64,000 bases of DNA from Hemiscyllium ocellatum (taxonomy: Eukaryota), in contig NW_026867603.1 in NCBI RefSeq assembly GCF_020745735.1, positions 1,798,001 through 1,862,000 of the forward strand, given 5' to 3'. Of the stretch, positions 1 to 14,189 are shown piece by piece. A model generated the notes under the pieces. That model did no database searches. It saw only the letters and a list, made by a program, of their open reading frames with translations, and was not told where the DNA came from. The first letter of the stretch is position 1. Every line of letters starts with the position of its first letter. Both the position numbers and the translations under genes were made by a program.

Positions 1-660
1 CAGTACTCCAGCTGTGTGCTAACCAAAGATCGAAATACCTCAACAAATTCCCCGCCCCCCGATAATCACTGCCTTCGCAAGTAAGAGACCTAAGTGTATT
101 CTTAGTTATCTTCTGAAAGTCTCATGCAGGTTCTTTCTACTGCCTTTTCGACGCGCTGTAACTAACTGCCTCTGCTACTATCTTAATGTGATTTGTAAGC
201 GGTGCTCCATCGTTCAAATTGGGAATGCACCGGTTATCATCATTTTTTAAAAAATCCCGATGTTCGACTGCTGGCAGTCAGCCAATCCTAATGCCTAATT
301 AGTCCCGAATGCCAGGGTTGCTATTTTTTCAAACGCCTCCAATATGACACCTTATCAAAATCCTTATCGGAATCTATAGATTATATCCATTCACTCTCCT
401 TTGTCAAACATAATCAAAAACGATCAAGAGATTCTTACAAAATAATCTGTTTAACGACGCTATCCTGGCTAAGCCCTATTTTACCATTCATTTCTAAACA
501 CTCCGAAATTTCGTCCTTCATAATGATGAAAAACTCTAACCATCAACCAAGGTCAGCCTAAGCAGCCTATAATTTCCCATGTTCTTTTTCCGTCCTGCCT
601 TCACCTGTGTATTACATTAGCCATTTCCCGCTCTTCTCTCTTTCTTTTCACTCAGCCTGT
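1..660 (-). mobile_element. Old CR1 LINE fragment (RT region)
   Basis: Degenerate match to the antisense CR1 ORF2 segments seen elsewhere in the window (e.g. 'ctggcagtcagccaatcc', 'gccttatcaaaatcctta'); no open frame; boundaries approximate. Confidence 0.6.
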
Positions 661-681
661 GTTTTACTCCTTGGGTTGAAT

Positions 682-952
682 TTAGATTAGATTAGATTAC
701 TTACAGTGTGGAAACAGGCCCTTCGGCCCAACAAGTTCACACCGACCCGCCGAAGCGCAACCCACCCATACCCCTACATTTACCCCTTACCTAACACTAC
801 GGGCAATTTAGCATGGCCAATTCACCTGACCCACACATCTTTGGACTGTGGGAGGAAACCGGAGCACCCGGAGGAAACCCACGCAGACACGGGGAGAACG
901 TGCAAACTCCACACAGTCTGTCGCCTGAGTCGGGAATTGAACCCGGGTCTAC
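682..952 (-). mobile_element. HE1/V-SINE, 5'-truncated near the B box
   Basis: (TTAGA)n tail at 682; body near-identical to the copies at 10890 and 19733; ends at 'cccgggtctac', A box absent. Confidence 0.9.
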
Positions 953-2281
953 TGTGCCTCCAGAAATACCCTGGAAATTCTCGCCATTGGTCCTCCACCC
1001 ACTTCCCTAATCGTACCTACTTCGAGTCAAATGTGGCAAGCTCCTCCGTCATGGCTTTGGCATTACCTTTATTCAACGGTGCTCTTAGATTTGATTCCAG
1101 TTTCTGAGTCTCAAACTTACGGGTGACGTTAATCATACAATGGTCACTACCTCCCAACGGCTACTTCAGCTTCAGCTCCCGAATCACCTTCATCCTACAT
1201 CACCAAATCCAGAATTGCCTATTTCATGGAAAATTCTAACACATGCTGTTCCAAACCATACGTCTTGTGCATATTCGACAATTTCATTTTTTGGAATCTG
1301 TTACAAACTCATTTTCCCAGCCAGCTGCAATTAAACACACACATAATTATTTTCATAAAAAGACATGAAAAGAAGGCACTGTTTCATCATTTAATTTCGA
1401 CCTCCATTTCTGATGAGTATTCGGAGACCTGAATACAGCTTCCAGGCAGAATTTCTTTTTTTTTCTTTTCTGGTTCCTAAACAATCCATACCCACACGGA
1501 TTCTGTGTATTTCGACAATATAGCACCTCTTGTCAAGAGGTTTATTTTGGCTGAGTAATAAATTATCCTACACATTCAGTTTGCTCACCTGTCCTTTCAA
1601 TAGGATATTTAATTCCAGTCCTGAACCTCTTGGAAAAAAGTCACTGTGATTCCCACAACATTGTACTCGCGAATTACAATTTGAACACCAAGCTCATTGA
1701 CCTTGTTTTCTATACTGTGTGCATTTACGTACAACACAATTAACTGTCTCCCTTCTCATTCGGGTGTGAATTTGGAACACGAGTCTGCTCCATCCCTCTC
1801 TTTTAACTTGTTCTGGAAAGTTTAAAAACTCCTCCTGAATTCTCTCTCGTTCAAATGGATTGCAGTTCTTGTAACCAAACTTTCCATTCAGATCCTAATC
1901 GCCGAATAGTTCAGTTGAAGCACATTCCAATTTTTCAGTTTGTTCCTGGACCAACACTGATACCAGTGTCCCATGATACGGAGCCCCCTTTTCATTCAGC
2001 GTTGCTTTAGCAACATGCTCATTTCCCTAACTTTGTTTTTTCTGTATCAATATAAATGTGGCTCGCGAAATACTGCAAAGTTGAAAAGATTTCTGGTCGT
2101 GATCTTTAACTTTGTCCCGAATTCCAGATATTTATACAAAGCTCCTTCTTTGTTTTAAATGAGAGATGGTTTTAGATGCTGTGGTTGGTTAAATAAAATT
2201 CGTCGAGACAAATGAAATATACACATCTCTTAATTATAAGTCCATCTTGATACTCATAAATCGAGTGTAAATGTGTGATTG

Positions 2282-2980
2282 TGTTATGAAGATGTGGGTG
2301 TACTATAACTTTAAAGAGTAAAAGCTAGCAATGACAGCACCATATGTTCTCTATAAGACACAATGTAATATATGCTCCAATTACTAGGGTAGCAATTTAC
2401 CTGGAAACGACAAAAAAGCCTCGAATTAGGACAATCAGTTTAAATTATACGCCGAAAACTACCAAATTCCATTAAAGTTTGAATTGGGTATGCTGACAAT
2501 CTGAAAAGCCAATGACAGAATGAGATTTTTTGGGATATAAGACCGGGGAAAAACGAAAATTTGGTTGGAGAAATGCCACCAGACCAACAGCTGCAGACTG
2601 CTCGTCAGAACTTTCTGAGAGATACCTGTTTTGAGAATGAGAGAGACACACGTTAACATTGACCTGGAGAGCCAATCTATCGACGAAGCTGAAAAGAAGT
2701 TCGACCGCTAGCTGCTTTAATAATTTGAACTTTCCCTTAAATCATCTTTGGGAGTATTATAAAATTAGTATTATAGAAGGGAAGATAACAGATAGGTTAG
2801 AGAAAGGAATTGTAAGTAGCTGTTCGTTAACTATTCTGCATTATACATTAAGAAATTGAGTTGTTAATTTAAAAAAAAAGTTTTTGGCCACACAAATTTG
2901 TACAGATTATGGCACATGATAAATCTTTTCTTTGCTGCTAGTTTTAAACGAAACAGGAGGGTTTACCACGTATCATAAAA
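2282..2980 (+). mobile_element. 5' LTR of Gmr1-like Gypsy element 1
   Basis: Starts TGTTATGAAG and ends TCATAA(A)A (inverted termini); homologous to the LTR at 47986; followed by a degenerate tRNA-Pro-type PBS 'tggcaggctcggacggtgat' (~2983-3002). Confidence 0.75.
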
Positions 2981-2982
2981 GT

Positions 2983-5900
2983 TGGCAGGCTCGGACGGTG
3001 ATTGGAACTGGAGAGAGAGAGGGAAAAAAAATCAGAGAGAGAGAAAAAAGAGTCAGAATGTTCTGAACTGAGCAAAGAGAGAGAGAAGAAGGGGGAGAGA
3101 CAAAAAGAGAGAGAATTTGACTTTCAGAATTTGTACCTTAATCATCAAAATCAAGTTAACTGGAACGAAATTCAAAGAGAAGGCAGTGATATATCAAAAT
3201 AAGTCAAATCTCTGTCACATTTTGATGATAAAGACTGTCCCGCTTTCTTTATTTGATTTGAAAAATTGGCAATGTAGATGGAGTGGTCCGAGAATTTATG
3301 GTGAACATTAGTTCAGACTAATCTGATAGGCTGAGTTAGTCAGGTATTTGCAACACTGTCAGATGAGGTGACAAGAGATTATGAAGAGGTTGAACAGGCT
3401 ATTTACGAGTTTATGAATTGGTACCAGAAGCAGATAGATTGCGGTTCAGAAAACCACAGAGGGATTCAGGTAAGACTTATAATGAGTTTGAAAGAATTAA
3501 CATGGTCTTTTCATCGATGGGTATATGCTTCAAAAGACATTCGAGGTTCATAGATAAGACATTTGAGGTTCTTAGAGAGATTATTCTACTGGAGAAGTGT
3601 AAAAACTCACTTCCAGGGAGACTAAGAGTTCAGGTACAGGACGCGAAATTTCAGAAAGTGAGAAAGACAGCAGAATTTGCTGATGAGAACAAGTTGGCGC
3701 ACAATACACGTTTCGAGACAGAATTGCGTCCTATGTGATATAGATTGTTGGGAGAACATACTAATCCAAGAGTTGTGAAAATTGTTTTTAAAAATTACCA
3801 TAGGATAAGGAAGAAACCAACGTGAATGGAAAGAAGATGAAAGGCATCAAGCATTATGTTGTATCAAAGCAAAAAAAGCTTCATGGAGGAGTTGGTAGCT
3901 TTCTTCACACAGTGTGGACGACCCAGGTATATCCATTCACACCAATGATCAAATATTAATGCTCACCTGTTGAAGGAGATTATTCATCACGTTGGTAAAG
4001 TACGCATTATCCTGAATCCAAGAGAGCTTTAGCAAGGTGATATCAGACCTTGAAGACCATGTTGAGAGCAGATAGTTGCGATTACACAAATGAATGGGAT
4101 AACGGTATCTCATTCGTTATTGTACGCATTAGAGATGTCTCAAACTAATCCACTCAAATCACTTCCTTTCGTTTGATGTTCTGAAATAAATTAAGAGGCC
4201 TTTGGAAATTATTTAAATAGAAATTGACAGAACTAATATCAGGAATCCCGCAATTTAATGATGTGTTGAAGGTGTGAGAGAGATTAATTAGAGTAGGTGA
4301 TTTAGCTAAACAGCACCTGAAGAGGGGACAGAGTAGAATGAAGCAGTTAGCAGATTAAACATTCTGAGCCTCGAACGTTTTCCAGAGGCTTAACGAGTTA
4401 GTAATGTAACCAGTGATAGGAGATGACATCAAATACAGGTGTCTTGGTCCCAATCAAAATGAGACAAAAAGTTGAGTCAGGTGAACTATCCAGTAACGAT
4501 GCCAGACAGAAAAAATGAATTATCGTGTATGTCATGTCAACATGTTGAAATCGTATTATACTTGAGAGATTGAACTGGTGAAACAGGTGTTAGTTATTGC
4601 CCAGAAAAATGTGGATTTTATGTGCCTTAAAATAGATTGAGAAATGAAAAAGTCTTTGAGCAGTGGGATAGGTTACTGTGCTATTTGTCTCAGGAGCACA
4701 GAATTAATGACATGTTACTGCAATACAAAGACATGTGCAAAAATCAGATGGAGAAGCCGAATATTAACGTACATGGCATAGAGTAAGAAAATACTGTTCC
4801 AATAAAACAATACCTGTAGTGGCTTCATCCTTTCAAAGCCAGACAAGTCTAGGAAGAGGTGGACGCCATGCTGGATGAGAACATCAAAGAAGCACGCCAG
4901 AGTGAGTTCAGTTCGCTGACCGTGTTCGGGCCCAAACCAGACAGGACTCAACAATGAGGCGTTGATAATCGGAAGGTCAATGCCTTTATCAAATCGGACA
5001 CATATCCAATTTCAAGATTTGTGGACTGTATCGAGAAATTCAGACAAACCAGGATATCACCAAGTTGTACATAATGCATGGTTACTGGCGTGTATATTTA
5101 TCAGAGATGGCAGAAGGAATTTCTGCATTTGTAATCCCAAATTGGCGATATCTGTTTAAAGTGATGCTCTTTGGAGTGAAGAACGCACCCACCACATTTC
5201 AAAGACTCATGAACAAACTTGTGGCTGGGTTAACAAACGTTGCAGTTTATTTGGGCGATGTAGTGCTCGTTAATAAGTCCGGGAAAGATTACATAGTTGG
5301 CAGGGCTCTTTGAATGACTACGAGAAGGGAAATCGGTGATAAAGATAAATAAAACAAATTCGCAAAAGCAGAGCTGACGTCCTTGGTACACAGCGGTCAT
5401 AGAAGTGTGACGCCATTCAACACAAAGACAAAGGCCACAGAGGAATTTCCATGAAGAACTCGAAGAAAGTGTTTCGATTCTTGGCACTCATCAGAATCTA
5501 TTTGAAGTTTGTTCTAACTTTAGCAGTGTAGGGACACCGTTAACAGATTAGCTGAAGAAGAATACAAAGTTTCGGTGGACAGACCATGCCAATTGGTCCT
5601 TGACCATTTGTTATTATTATTAACCAGTTTTAGCTACATAAAGCTTTTCAAAGCCTTTTAAAGTCGCCACCGAGGCTAAGTCACATTGGAGTTGGAGTTG
5701 TACTCCTGCACTAAGATGAAGGTGGGATTACTTTTTGAAGAAGATCCACATCCGCCACACTGAAAGCTCCACGATCGAAAAACAACTAAAGAGTTTGGTA
5801 TTGGCCTTACAACATTTGAACGTGCCTGCTATGAGCAATGCGTTGGAGACTGTTGTTTACAATGACTACAATCCGCTTACATTTTTCAAATAACGTGGGC

Positions 5901-6200
5901 GGCACGGTGGCACAGTGGTTAGCACTGCTGCCTTACAATGCCAGCAACCCGCGTTCAATTCCGGTCTCAAGCGACTGACTGTGTGGAGTTTGCACTTTCG
6001 CCCAGTGAGTGCATGGGCTTGCTCTTATTTCCTCCCACAGTCACAAAAATGTGCAAATCAGGTGAATTGCTATGCTAAATTGCCCGTAGTGAAGGGGTAA
6101 ATGTATGGCTGGGTTGTGCTTCGACCACTTGTTGGGCTGAAGGGCTTTTTTCCGTACTGTAAGTAATCTAATCTATGAACATGACACTATTTCATTGGGA
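2983..6200 (+). mobile_element. Decayed Gmr1-like Gypsy internal region 1 (gag, integrase core, RT, RNase H)
   Basis: gag 'DKTFEVLREIILLEKCKNSL'; integrase-like 3870-4250; RT 'FKVMLFGVKNAPTTFQRLMN..YLGD' 5140-5260; RNase H ~5640-5890; many stops and frameshifts; SINE inserted at 5897. Confidence 0.85.
5897..6175 (+). mobile_element. HE1/V-SINE
   Basis: A box TGGCACAGTGGTTAGC, B box GTTCAATTCC, (TCTAA)n tail. Confidence 0.9.
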
Positions 6201-7310
6201 CAAAGCGGCAGAAATGGAGGGGGCGCTGAAGTGTACGGCCACAGGGCAGTGGGGTTAATTATGAAGATTTCAATGGTAGAAGGATGCTTGTCCGACGGGA
6301 GCGTTTAACCTTTGGGGTGTCTCAGGGAACAGTGCTCATTTTTGTTTGTTGTTTTTAATCAATGATTTGGATTAGACTGTGCGAGGCACGATTAGGAAGT
6401 TTCCAGTCGAAAAGAAAATAGGCAGTTCATGGACAGTCATGAAGGTTATCAGACAGTTCAACAGGAATTGATCAGCCGGGGAAGAGGGCTGAGAAATAGC
6501 AAATTGAGTTTTATATCGATGAGCATGAGGCCTTTTTTTATGGAATGTCAAATCAAGTAAGAGTTTCATGGTGAATGGTAAGGCCTGAAGTGTTACAGTG
6601 TTACAGCAGAAAACCAATGTCGAGATGTACGTTTTTCTAAAATTGGAACCACAAATAAACAAGGCAGTAAAGGAGGCTTTTAGCATATTGGTAATCATCA
6701 GCCAGTACACTGAGTATACATGATTGTACGTTATGTTGCAGTTGTACAGGAGTTGTGCAGTTGGCAATGCCGTACTTGCTGTATTATATTCAGACTTGGT
6801 AACGCTGCTGCAGAAATATTATTATTAAAATCGAGGAAGTGCAAAAGGAATTCACAAGGATGTTGTCAGGACTCAATGGTCTGAATTATTTGGAGAGATT
6901 GCGAAGTCGTGAACTTTCTGTTTAGTGTGTAGGAGAATGAGGGGGGATCTGATACAAATATATCAGAACATGATTTGCATGGATAGAGTGGGTACATTCA
7001 GTCTATTTCCATGATTGTGGAATTGAGGAATAGAGGGAATAAGTTGAATGTTAGATGGGAAAGAATAAAAGGGAACCTGAGGGGCAAGCTTTTTTAAACA
7101 GACCATGGTATGCATTTACAATATGTTACAAACACAAGTGGTTGTGTGAGAGACATGAACAACGTTTTGAAAGGTTATTGGACAAATACATGTATATGAA
7201 AAGTGTAGACGTACATAGGTCAAGTCTAGCGAAATGGGGTTAGCATGGATGACCACTTTGGACAGAATGGACCAGTTTAGGCCGAAGGGTCTGGCTCAGC
7301 TGTAGGTGGC
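6200..7310 (+). mobile_element. Old CR1 LINE 3' fragment
   Basis: Degenerate RT C-terminus ('caaaaggaattcacaaggatgttg') and 3'UTR 'ggccgaagggtctg'. Confidence 0.75.
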
Positions 7311-7329
7311 CATTTATCCTTTCACTTCT

Positions 7330-9060
7330 GTGCTGATTCTCCAAGAGAACTGTTAACCCACTCCCATTAATCATGCACGCTCTTCCTTTTCTGTCAATAA
7401 TCCGTGCTTGCTCGAATGAATCTATATCCATTTCAATCTTCAGCAGGCCATTCCAGGTCCGAATCGTTCCCTACAACATAAAATTGCTTCTTGTATCGCC
7501 ATTGCTTCTTCTGCCAATCAATCTAACTCTCTGGATTTGTATCCTCGATTCATCTATCATTTGCAAACTTTTCTCTCCATTCACCATGCACAGGCGACTG
7601 TGCACCTCCGTCACATCTTCTCTCTAAGGTTTGTTTCTCCAAGCAACATAGCATCAACTTTCATGATCTGTCAACATAACTGAAGTTAGGGAGATGTTCA
7701 GCTGACTGTAATTTGGAAGGGAAGGAAGAGTGGAATCTCCAGTGAGATTCACATATGTTACCTTGCAGCCAGTTGCTCATTCACTTCCAATAGTTTTAGC
7801 AGACTGGGAGCACTATGCATCGGTCTGGCCCGCGGATCATTAATGAAGATTTTGCAGGGCTACCAAAGAACATCTTAAAGGATAATGCCAAAACCGAGGT
7901 GTGGTAACTTTCCACAAATAACTGAACAGCTCGAGGCAATTTCCTCCAGAAAAGAGGAAGTCGAGATACGAATAAAATTGACACGGGAGTAGACAGACTT
8001 AGCGAAAGTGATTTGCACTTGTGGTGAAGCAGGGGTCACAAAAGAATGGCAGCCGTTAATCAAGACAGTTGGGAAATCACAAGAAATATCACAAGAAATC
8101 ACAAGCTATAGAGGAGCAGCCAAAAAGGGACATTCGCTACTGTATGACAGAGGGGAAACAGAATTCACAGATACTTATTCAGCATGGGAAACATTGGCAG
8201 AATAGTCTTGTCAGCCGTATTAGAAGCATACAAACTAATACAAGAATAGACCATTCGGCCCTTCGAACCTGAACTACCATTCAATGGATCATGGCTGATT
8301 GCACAATCTCACTGCCCTATTCGTGCCCTCTTCTAATAACTCTTTATCCATTGAACTGAAAGTCCCATTTCCAGCTTCTTCTGAAAATATCCAAGGAATT
8401 GGCTCCAACATCTTCCTGTGTCAGACAATTACACAGGCTCATAAATCTCTGAGTAAAGAAAAAGAGTCCTCATTTCGTCCTGTATCGCTTACTCTTTAAT
8501 CTTTGACCTGGGATTTCCCAACATTGGGATGATCCTTCCTGCATCAAACCTCGTCAGTCTCAGCAGGCTTTTACATGTCTCTCTAAGGTTCGGTCGCATT
8601 CTTCCAAATTCAAGTTCAAACAGGTCCCATCGATCCACGTTTTCCTGATATGTCAGTCCTGCCATCAGGTGGGAATCAGTGTGGTGAATCTTCGCTGTTC
8701 CTCAGACGAAAACACTGAAACTGCACACAAACGCAAAGATTGGCCTCTCCAGGCCCTGCATAACTGCGCAAAGATAGCATTACGTTGATACATAAATCAT
8801 CTCGCTATGAAGGTCAGCATGCCATTAATTATCCTCACTCCCTGCTGCTTCTGCATGCCAACCTTCAGAAACTGCTCCACCATGATATCCAAGTCCACGG
8901 TACCTCATCTTTTCATGATCTGCCATCATTCCGACAATAATCTGCCGTGCTTTCTCTTTGGAAACAACGTGGACAACCTCACATTTATCCACATCATATT
9001 GCACTTTCCAAGTACTTGCCCAGTCAGTCACCCTGCAGCCTTTCAACATTCCCTTCACGG
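7330..9060. mobile_element. Patchwork of old CR1 fragments (both strands)
   Basis: Minus ORF 'DWASTWKVQYDVDKCEVVH' (8825-9073); CR1 3'UTR 'agaccattcggcccttcgaacc' near 8250. Confidence 0.65.
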
Positions 9061-9318
9061 CACACATTGCCATCCAGGCGAAAGTGAGAAATGCAGATGC
9101 AGGAGATTAGAGTCGACAGTGTGGTTCTGGAAAAGTATAGTATCCGAGGAGCAGGAAAGTCAACGTTTCTCGCAAAAGCCCTTCAACGTCGACTCGATTG
9201 CTCCTCGAACGCTGCATGATGTGCTGTGTTGGTTCAACACCAAGGACACTGCTATCTAGCTAAGTGACATTCGTAAATTCGGAGGTTGTACGTTTTCTCA
9301 CTGAGCTGGTAGAATTGT

Positions 9319-9362
9319 TCTCAGACGTTTCGTCACCTTGCTAGTTAACATCGTCAGTGAGA
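9319..9362 (-). ncRNA. Minimal type I hammerhead ribozyme (PLE-associated)
   Basis: UCUCA-CUGACGA-U-GUUAA-CUAGCAAG-GUGAC-GAAA-CGUC-UGAGA: intact core, 5-bp stem I, palindromic ACGU stem III. Confidence 0.8.
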
Positions 9363-10889
9363 CTCTGTCGAAGCATTGCTGCTCGGTCCCACTTTGTACT
9401 TTTGTGTCTTGGTCTGTTCAGGTGAGTGATATCATTTCCAGTCATCTTGTTTACTTCAGTTGGCAAATGAGGTCCAAATTGATGTCCTTATTAATGGAGT
9501 TCCTATTTGATTGACGTACTCTAGGAATTTGCATACGCGTGCTTGTTTAGCCTTTGCGATGATGGATTGCTTTGCCCAGTCGAAGTGGTGTCCTCCTTCG
9601 TGTGTGCATAGTGAAACTAGTGATAGTTGGCCATGTCTTTTCCTGGCTAATTGCTGCTCATATATCCTGATGGCGAGTTTTCTGCCTGTTTGCCTGAGGG
9701 TCTTGAAGTATGGTTTTTAATATGAAGCTAGGTAATAAAGGATCAATTATTTTAACAATGGCTGTTTCAATGTGTGAACAGTTGTTTGAGCGAACCAAGA
9801 TGCCAAGGGGTCAGTGTCATCTGACCGTCATCACTGAGACGTCTTTGATGGATGTCAGCTAGGCTAGAGTCTCTGGGTCTGTTGTGTCTTCTTGTTTCGG
9901 TCTGTTGTTTAAGTGGACTGCACTTATTGCGTACCCGTTGATTTTGAATACGCTGTAGGGTTAATTTTCTTCTGCTGCTGGGTGCTGCACTATGTTTTAC
10001 ATAATGTTCCGATGCAGCTCCATTTGTGTATGCTGGGATGATTGCTTCCACAGGTCCCTATCTGGACTGTGTGTGTGCTTTCCTGTGGACGCAAGTCTAC
10101 CACTCTCGAATGACGTTTCTTCCCGCTGTGGAATCAAGGACGGTAATTCTCATGCTGTTCTCCTTCGCTTTCTTGATTTTTTTGCAAGTAAAAATGTTAT
10201 TAATTATGTTGAGCTTTTCTTTTTTCCCCTTTTCATGATGCCATTTGTGGCAACCAAATAGTGGACCCAAAGTTTGGGTTGGATCGTTTGGAGGGCTGTT
10301 GTTTCTGCATAACTGCTTCTTCTAAAAAAAAACCTGATATTTGAGATGACCAAGGTTGTACCATTGATTGTTTGTAGGTCTTGTTGTTGTTGAAGCTAAA
10401 GTGAGTTTTGAGGCACAGATCTACTAGCTTTAGAATGATGTCCTTGCTGATAGAGTTGCTTCTGTTTGGTGTTCGTGTCCTTGGATCGACTAGTAGTGAA
10501 GTCACATGTACTTTGGTCAGGCTGATGTTGATTCAGGTGAATATGGCCGTTACGTAGAAGGACCACATGACCTCGTCCTCTTCTATCTTGGTGTCTTTGA
10601 TGACGTTCAGGAATACTTAGGTGAAGTGGATGGTGTGGCATGATACTTCTGCCAGATATTACAGTTGGTCATGAAATTCCCTTGTTAGTTTGAATGTCGG
10701 TGTGGCTGGAAGTGAGACTCTAGATATGAGGTGGGCTCAGCTTTATACCTTAGCTAATCTAACGTAACTGGGTGTGTTGAATCTATTTGGCTTCATTCTT
10801 TAGATATCTGTCTTGTTAACTTCCCTTGTTGTGTGGGGTTTCTTCAGTGATACTGTGATACGATTTTGTAGCTGTTGCGTTAGTATCTG

Positions 10890-11199
10890 GGCGGCACGGT
10901 GGCACAGTGGTTAGCACTGCTGTCTCACAGCTCCAGAGACCCGGGTTCAATTCCCGACTCAGGCGATTGACTGTGTGGAGTTTGTACGTTCTCCCCGTGT
11001 CAGCGTGGGTTTCCTCCGGGTGCTCCGGTTTTCTCCCACAGTCCAAAGATGTGCGGGTCAGGTGAATTGGCCATGCTAAATTGCCCCTAGTGTTAGGTAA
11101 GGGGTAAATGTAGGGGTATGGGTGGGTTTCACTTCGGCGGGTCGGTGTGGACTTGTTGGGCCGAAGGGCCTGTTTCTACACTGTAAGTCTAATCTAATC
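10890..11199 (+). mobile_element. HE1/V-SINE, full length
   Basis: A and B boxes, (TCTAA)n tail, TSD TATCTG at 10884-10889 and 11200-11205. Confidence 0.95.
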
Positions 11200-12103
11200 T
11201 ATCTGTGAGTAGTGAGTTCTCATTTTCAATGAACTTTGTTATATTTAGGGTGACGGTCATGTGTCCTTTGCCTGCCGGTCAGCTTACAATATTTCTGCCT
11301 TTTCTGAATCATTGTAGGGCTGGCTATCGTGTGCATTGAAGATATTCTCTTCTTTCTTCCTGCTTATGGTTTTGTGCAACTGGCTGTCTGGTGACCTGCT
11401 GCGTTTCTACTGAAGATCGATTCTCTTTCCGTGTTGATTCCAGTGCTGCTCTAGATTTTTTGTCCCCATATTGCTGTAATTGTAGGTCGGCCCTCTTACG
11501 AGGACGAGTTTTTTTTTTCATCTGTGAGATGTCGAATCGTCAGTTTCTTTATCAAGGTTTCTGAATTGTCTGTGTTGTTATTTTGTGACGATAGTGCATA
11601 GAATTCCTTCATCGAAACCTTGAATGTATATTGTGAACAACCGAGATAACAGTACTGAACCTTATTGCACCCGACTCTTCACTGACCGTCACTTAGAAAA
11701 GAACCCGTTCATTCCCACTCTCTAACTGTGCTCTGCCAACCAGATTTCCATCCATGTTAATGAATTACATTTGATACCATGATCTCCAATATGTTTATGC
11801 AATTTCGAAGTAAGCTCTACACGTTCCTGAAGGATGAAACAATTGGAAATGCTTGCAGTTTTAAATTAATTTGGCAGGATTAGCGTCATGTGGTACAAAA
11901 ACAGCAGCACACACCGAGGGTGGGTGGTGGAAGAAGTGGATTCTCTCCATGTTGCACATCCGATGGAACAAGTCTGCAACATAGTGTTTACTCCACAAAC
12001 ATGGTTAATTGAGTGATTATTCACATAGGTACAGGCTCTATCAGCAGCTCAGAAAAACAACAATGCTCGGAATAGGTGTTTGCGTTTTCAAGACAGAAGA
12101 AGA

Positions 12104-12720
12104 GCAAGTGAGACCTGCAGATGCTGGAGATCAGACTGCGGTGCTAGAAAAGCATAGCTGGTCGAGCAGGTTCTGTGGAGCAGGAGAGTCGACTGATCAA
12201 GCATAATCTCTTCAGGAATGAGGGTCTGGACCAATCTGGCTGAAAGATAATTGGGAGGGATGTGGGACCGGGTGAAAGGGTTTCTGATAATGCAATGGGT
12301 GTATGGAGGTGAGGTGGTAATGGTGATAGTTTGGGAAGGAGGATGATGCAGACTGGTGGGAAACAAGATGGACATGTCAGACAGTTCAAGAGGACGGAGC
12401 TGATTTCGAATATTCGATCTGGGATAACGTCAGTGGAGGAGATCTGCTCCAGGCCTCGGGTGGCTAAACTTTGGCGGTGGAGAATACGCTGTACTGGCAT
12501 ATCTTTGTGGAGTTAAAACCTTCTGCCAAAGAGTGGTGCGGTTGTGCATTGCGTGTGTCCCAGAGATGTTCTCTGAAACGTTCCTCAAGTTAGCGTCCTT
12601 TTTCACCCTTGTGGCATTCCCTCATACATGATGAAATCTTATGCTCGAAACTTCGACTCTCCTGATCCTCGGATGCTGCCTGACCGGGTGTGCTTTTCCA
12701 CCAGCACAATTGTCGACTCG
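12104..12720 (-). mobile_element. Penelope 3' fragment with inverted terminal segment
   Basis: Homologous to 54828-55350; an inverted copy of the HHR-bearing tail lies at ~12628-12720. Confidence 0.75.
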
Positions 12721-12916
12721 TCAGGATGGAAGACAACAAAGTTAAGGATAGACAGGAGTTGAGGAACTCAAGACGGAATAGTGTAAACCTCTGTGTCTTA
12801 GAATGATACATTCATTAACATAACAGAATCAACAATAAATTGGTTTCAACAAAGTATAACTTCGCAGAGCACTTCACACGGTGTCTATTTAGAACTTTAT
12901 GCTCAAATTAAGCTTC

Positions 12917-14110
12917 ATAGAACATAGAACATTGCAGCGCTGTTCAGCCCCTTCGGCCGTCAATGTTGCACCGCCCTGTCATACTCATCTGAAGCCCATC
13001 TAACGTATACTATTCCATGTACGTACATATGTTTGTCCAATGACACGTTAAATGCACTTAAAGTTGGTGAATCTACTACCGTTTCAGGCAAAGCATTCCA
13101 TACCCTTACTACTCTCTGAGTAAAGAAACTACCTCTGAAATCTGTCCTAAATTTATCACCCCTCAATTTAAAGCTATGCCCCCTCGTGCTCGCCGTTATC
13201 TTACTTGGGAAAAGGCTCACCCTATCTAACCCTCTGATTATCTTATATGTCTCTATTAAGTCACCTCTCAACCTTTTTCTCTCCAACGAAAACAGCCTCA
13301 AGTCCCTCAGCCTTTCCCCGTAAGACCTGCCCTCCATACCAGGCAACATCCTCGTAAATCTCCTCTGCACCCTTTCCAAAGCTTCCACATCCTTCTTATA
13401 ATGCAGTGACCTGAACTGTACACAATACTTCAAGTGCGGCCGCACCAGAGTTTCGTACAGCTGCATTATACCCTCATGGTTCCGGAACTCAATCCCTCTA
13501 TTAATAAAAGCTAAAACACTGTATGTCTTCTTAACAACCCTTTCAACCTGGGAGGCAACTTTCAATGATCTGTGTACCTGAGTACCGAGATCTCTCTGCT
13601 CATCAACACTACCAAAAATCTTACTATTAGCCTAGTGCTTTGCATTCCGTTTACTCCGACCAAATTGAATCACCTCACACTTGTTCGCATTAAACTCCAT
13701 TTGCCACATCTTAGCCCAATTCTGCACCTTATTTATGTCCCTCTGTAACCTACAACATCTTTCATCACTAACCACAACCCCACCGACATTAGTGTCATCT
13801 GTTGAATGTACTAACTCTTGGGCGGCATGGTGGCACAGTGGTTATCACAACGCTCGAGACCCGGGTTCAATTCCCACCTCAGTTGACTCCCTGTGTGGAG
13901 TTTGCACATTCCTCCCACAATCCAAAATTGTGCAGGTTAGGTGAATTGGCCATGCTAAATTGCCTGTAGTGTTATGTGAAGGGGTAAATGTATGAGTCTG
14001 GGTAATATATGCTTCGTTGGGTTGGTGTGTTTTGTTGGGCCGTAGGGTCTGTTTCCACACTGTAAGTAATCTAATCTAAACCACCATTCTACGCCCTCAT
14101 CCAGGTCATC
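12917..14110 (-). mobile_element. CR1 LINE 3' end, relatively young, interrupted by a SINE
   Basis: (CATAGAA)n tail at 12917; ORF 12960-13565 'LYETLVRPHLKYCVQF..ALERVQRRFTRMLPG..RLRGDLIETYKI'. Confidence 0.92.
13820..14078 (+). mobile_element. HE1/V-SINE with internal deletions
   Basis: tRNA-like head and (TCTAA) tail. Confidence 0.88.
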
Positions 14111-14189
14111 AGATTTGAAGTATCAACAGTTCCTTATATTGTTGGAAATTTGTTCTGTGCCGACTCATTCTGGGAAAAGTCAGTTTACG

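Larger units (their letters stand above)
9290..11570 (-). mobile_element. Decayed Penelope-like element (RT + GIY-YIG)
   Basis: Minus-strand 'IKDTKIEEDEV..SF.VTAIFT', 'ILKLVDLCLKTHFSFNNNKTYKQ', and GIY-YIG-like 'QTGRKLAIRIYEQ' near 9660-9695; hammerhead motif at the 3' end; SINE inserted at 10890. Confidence 0.85.

Noticed and set aside
706-1107. ORFs such as MWKQALRPNK.../MANSPDPHIFGLWEETG (also at 10816, 19802, 23048, 31610)
   Set aside because: Antisense translations of the HE1 SINE, not genes
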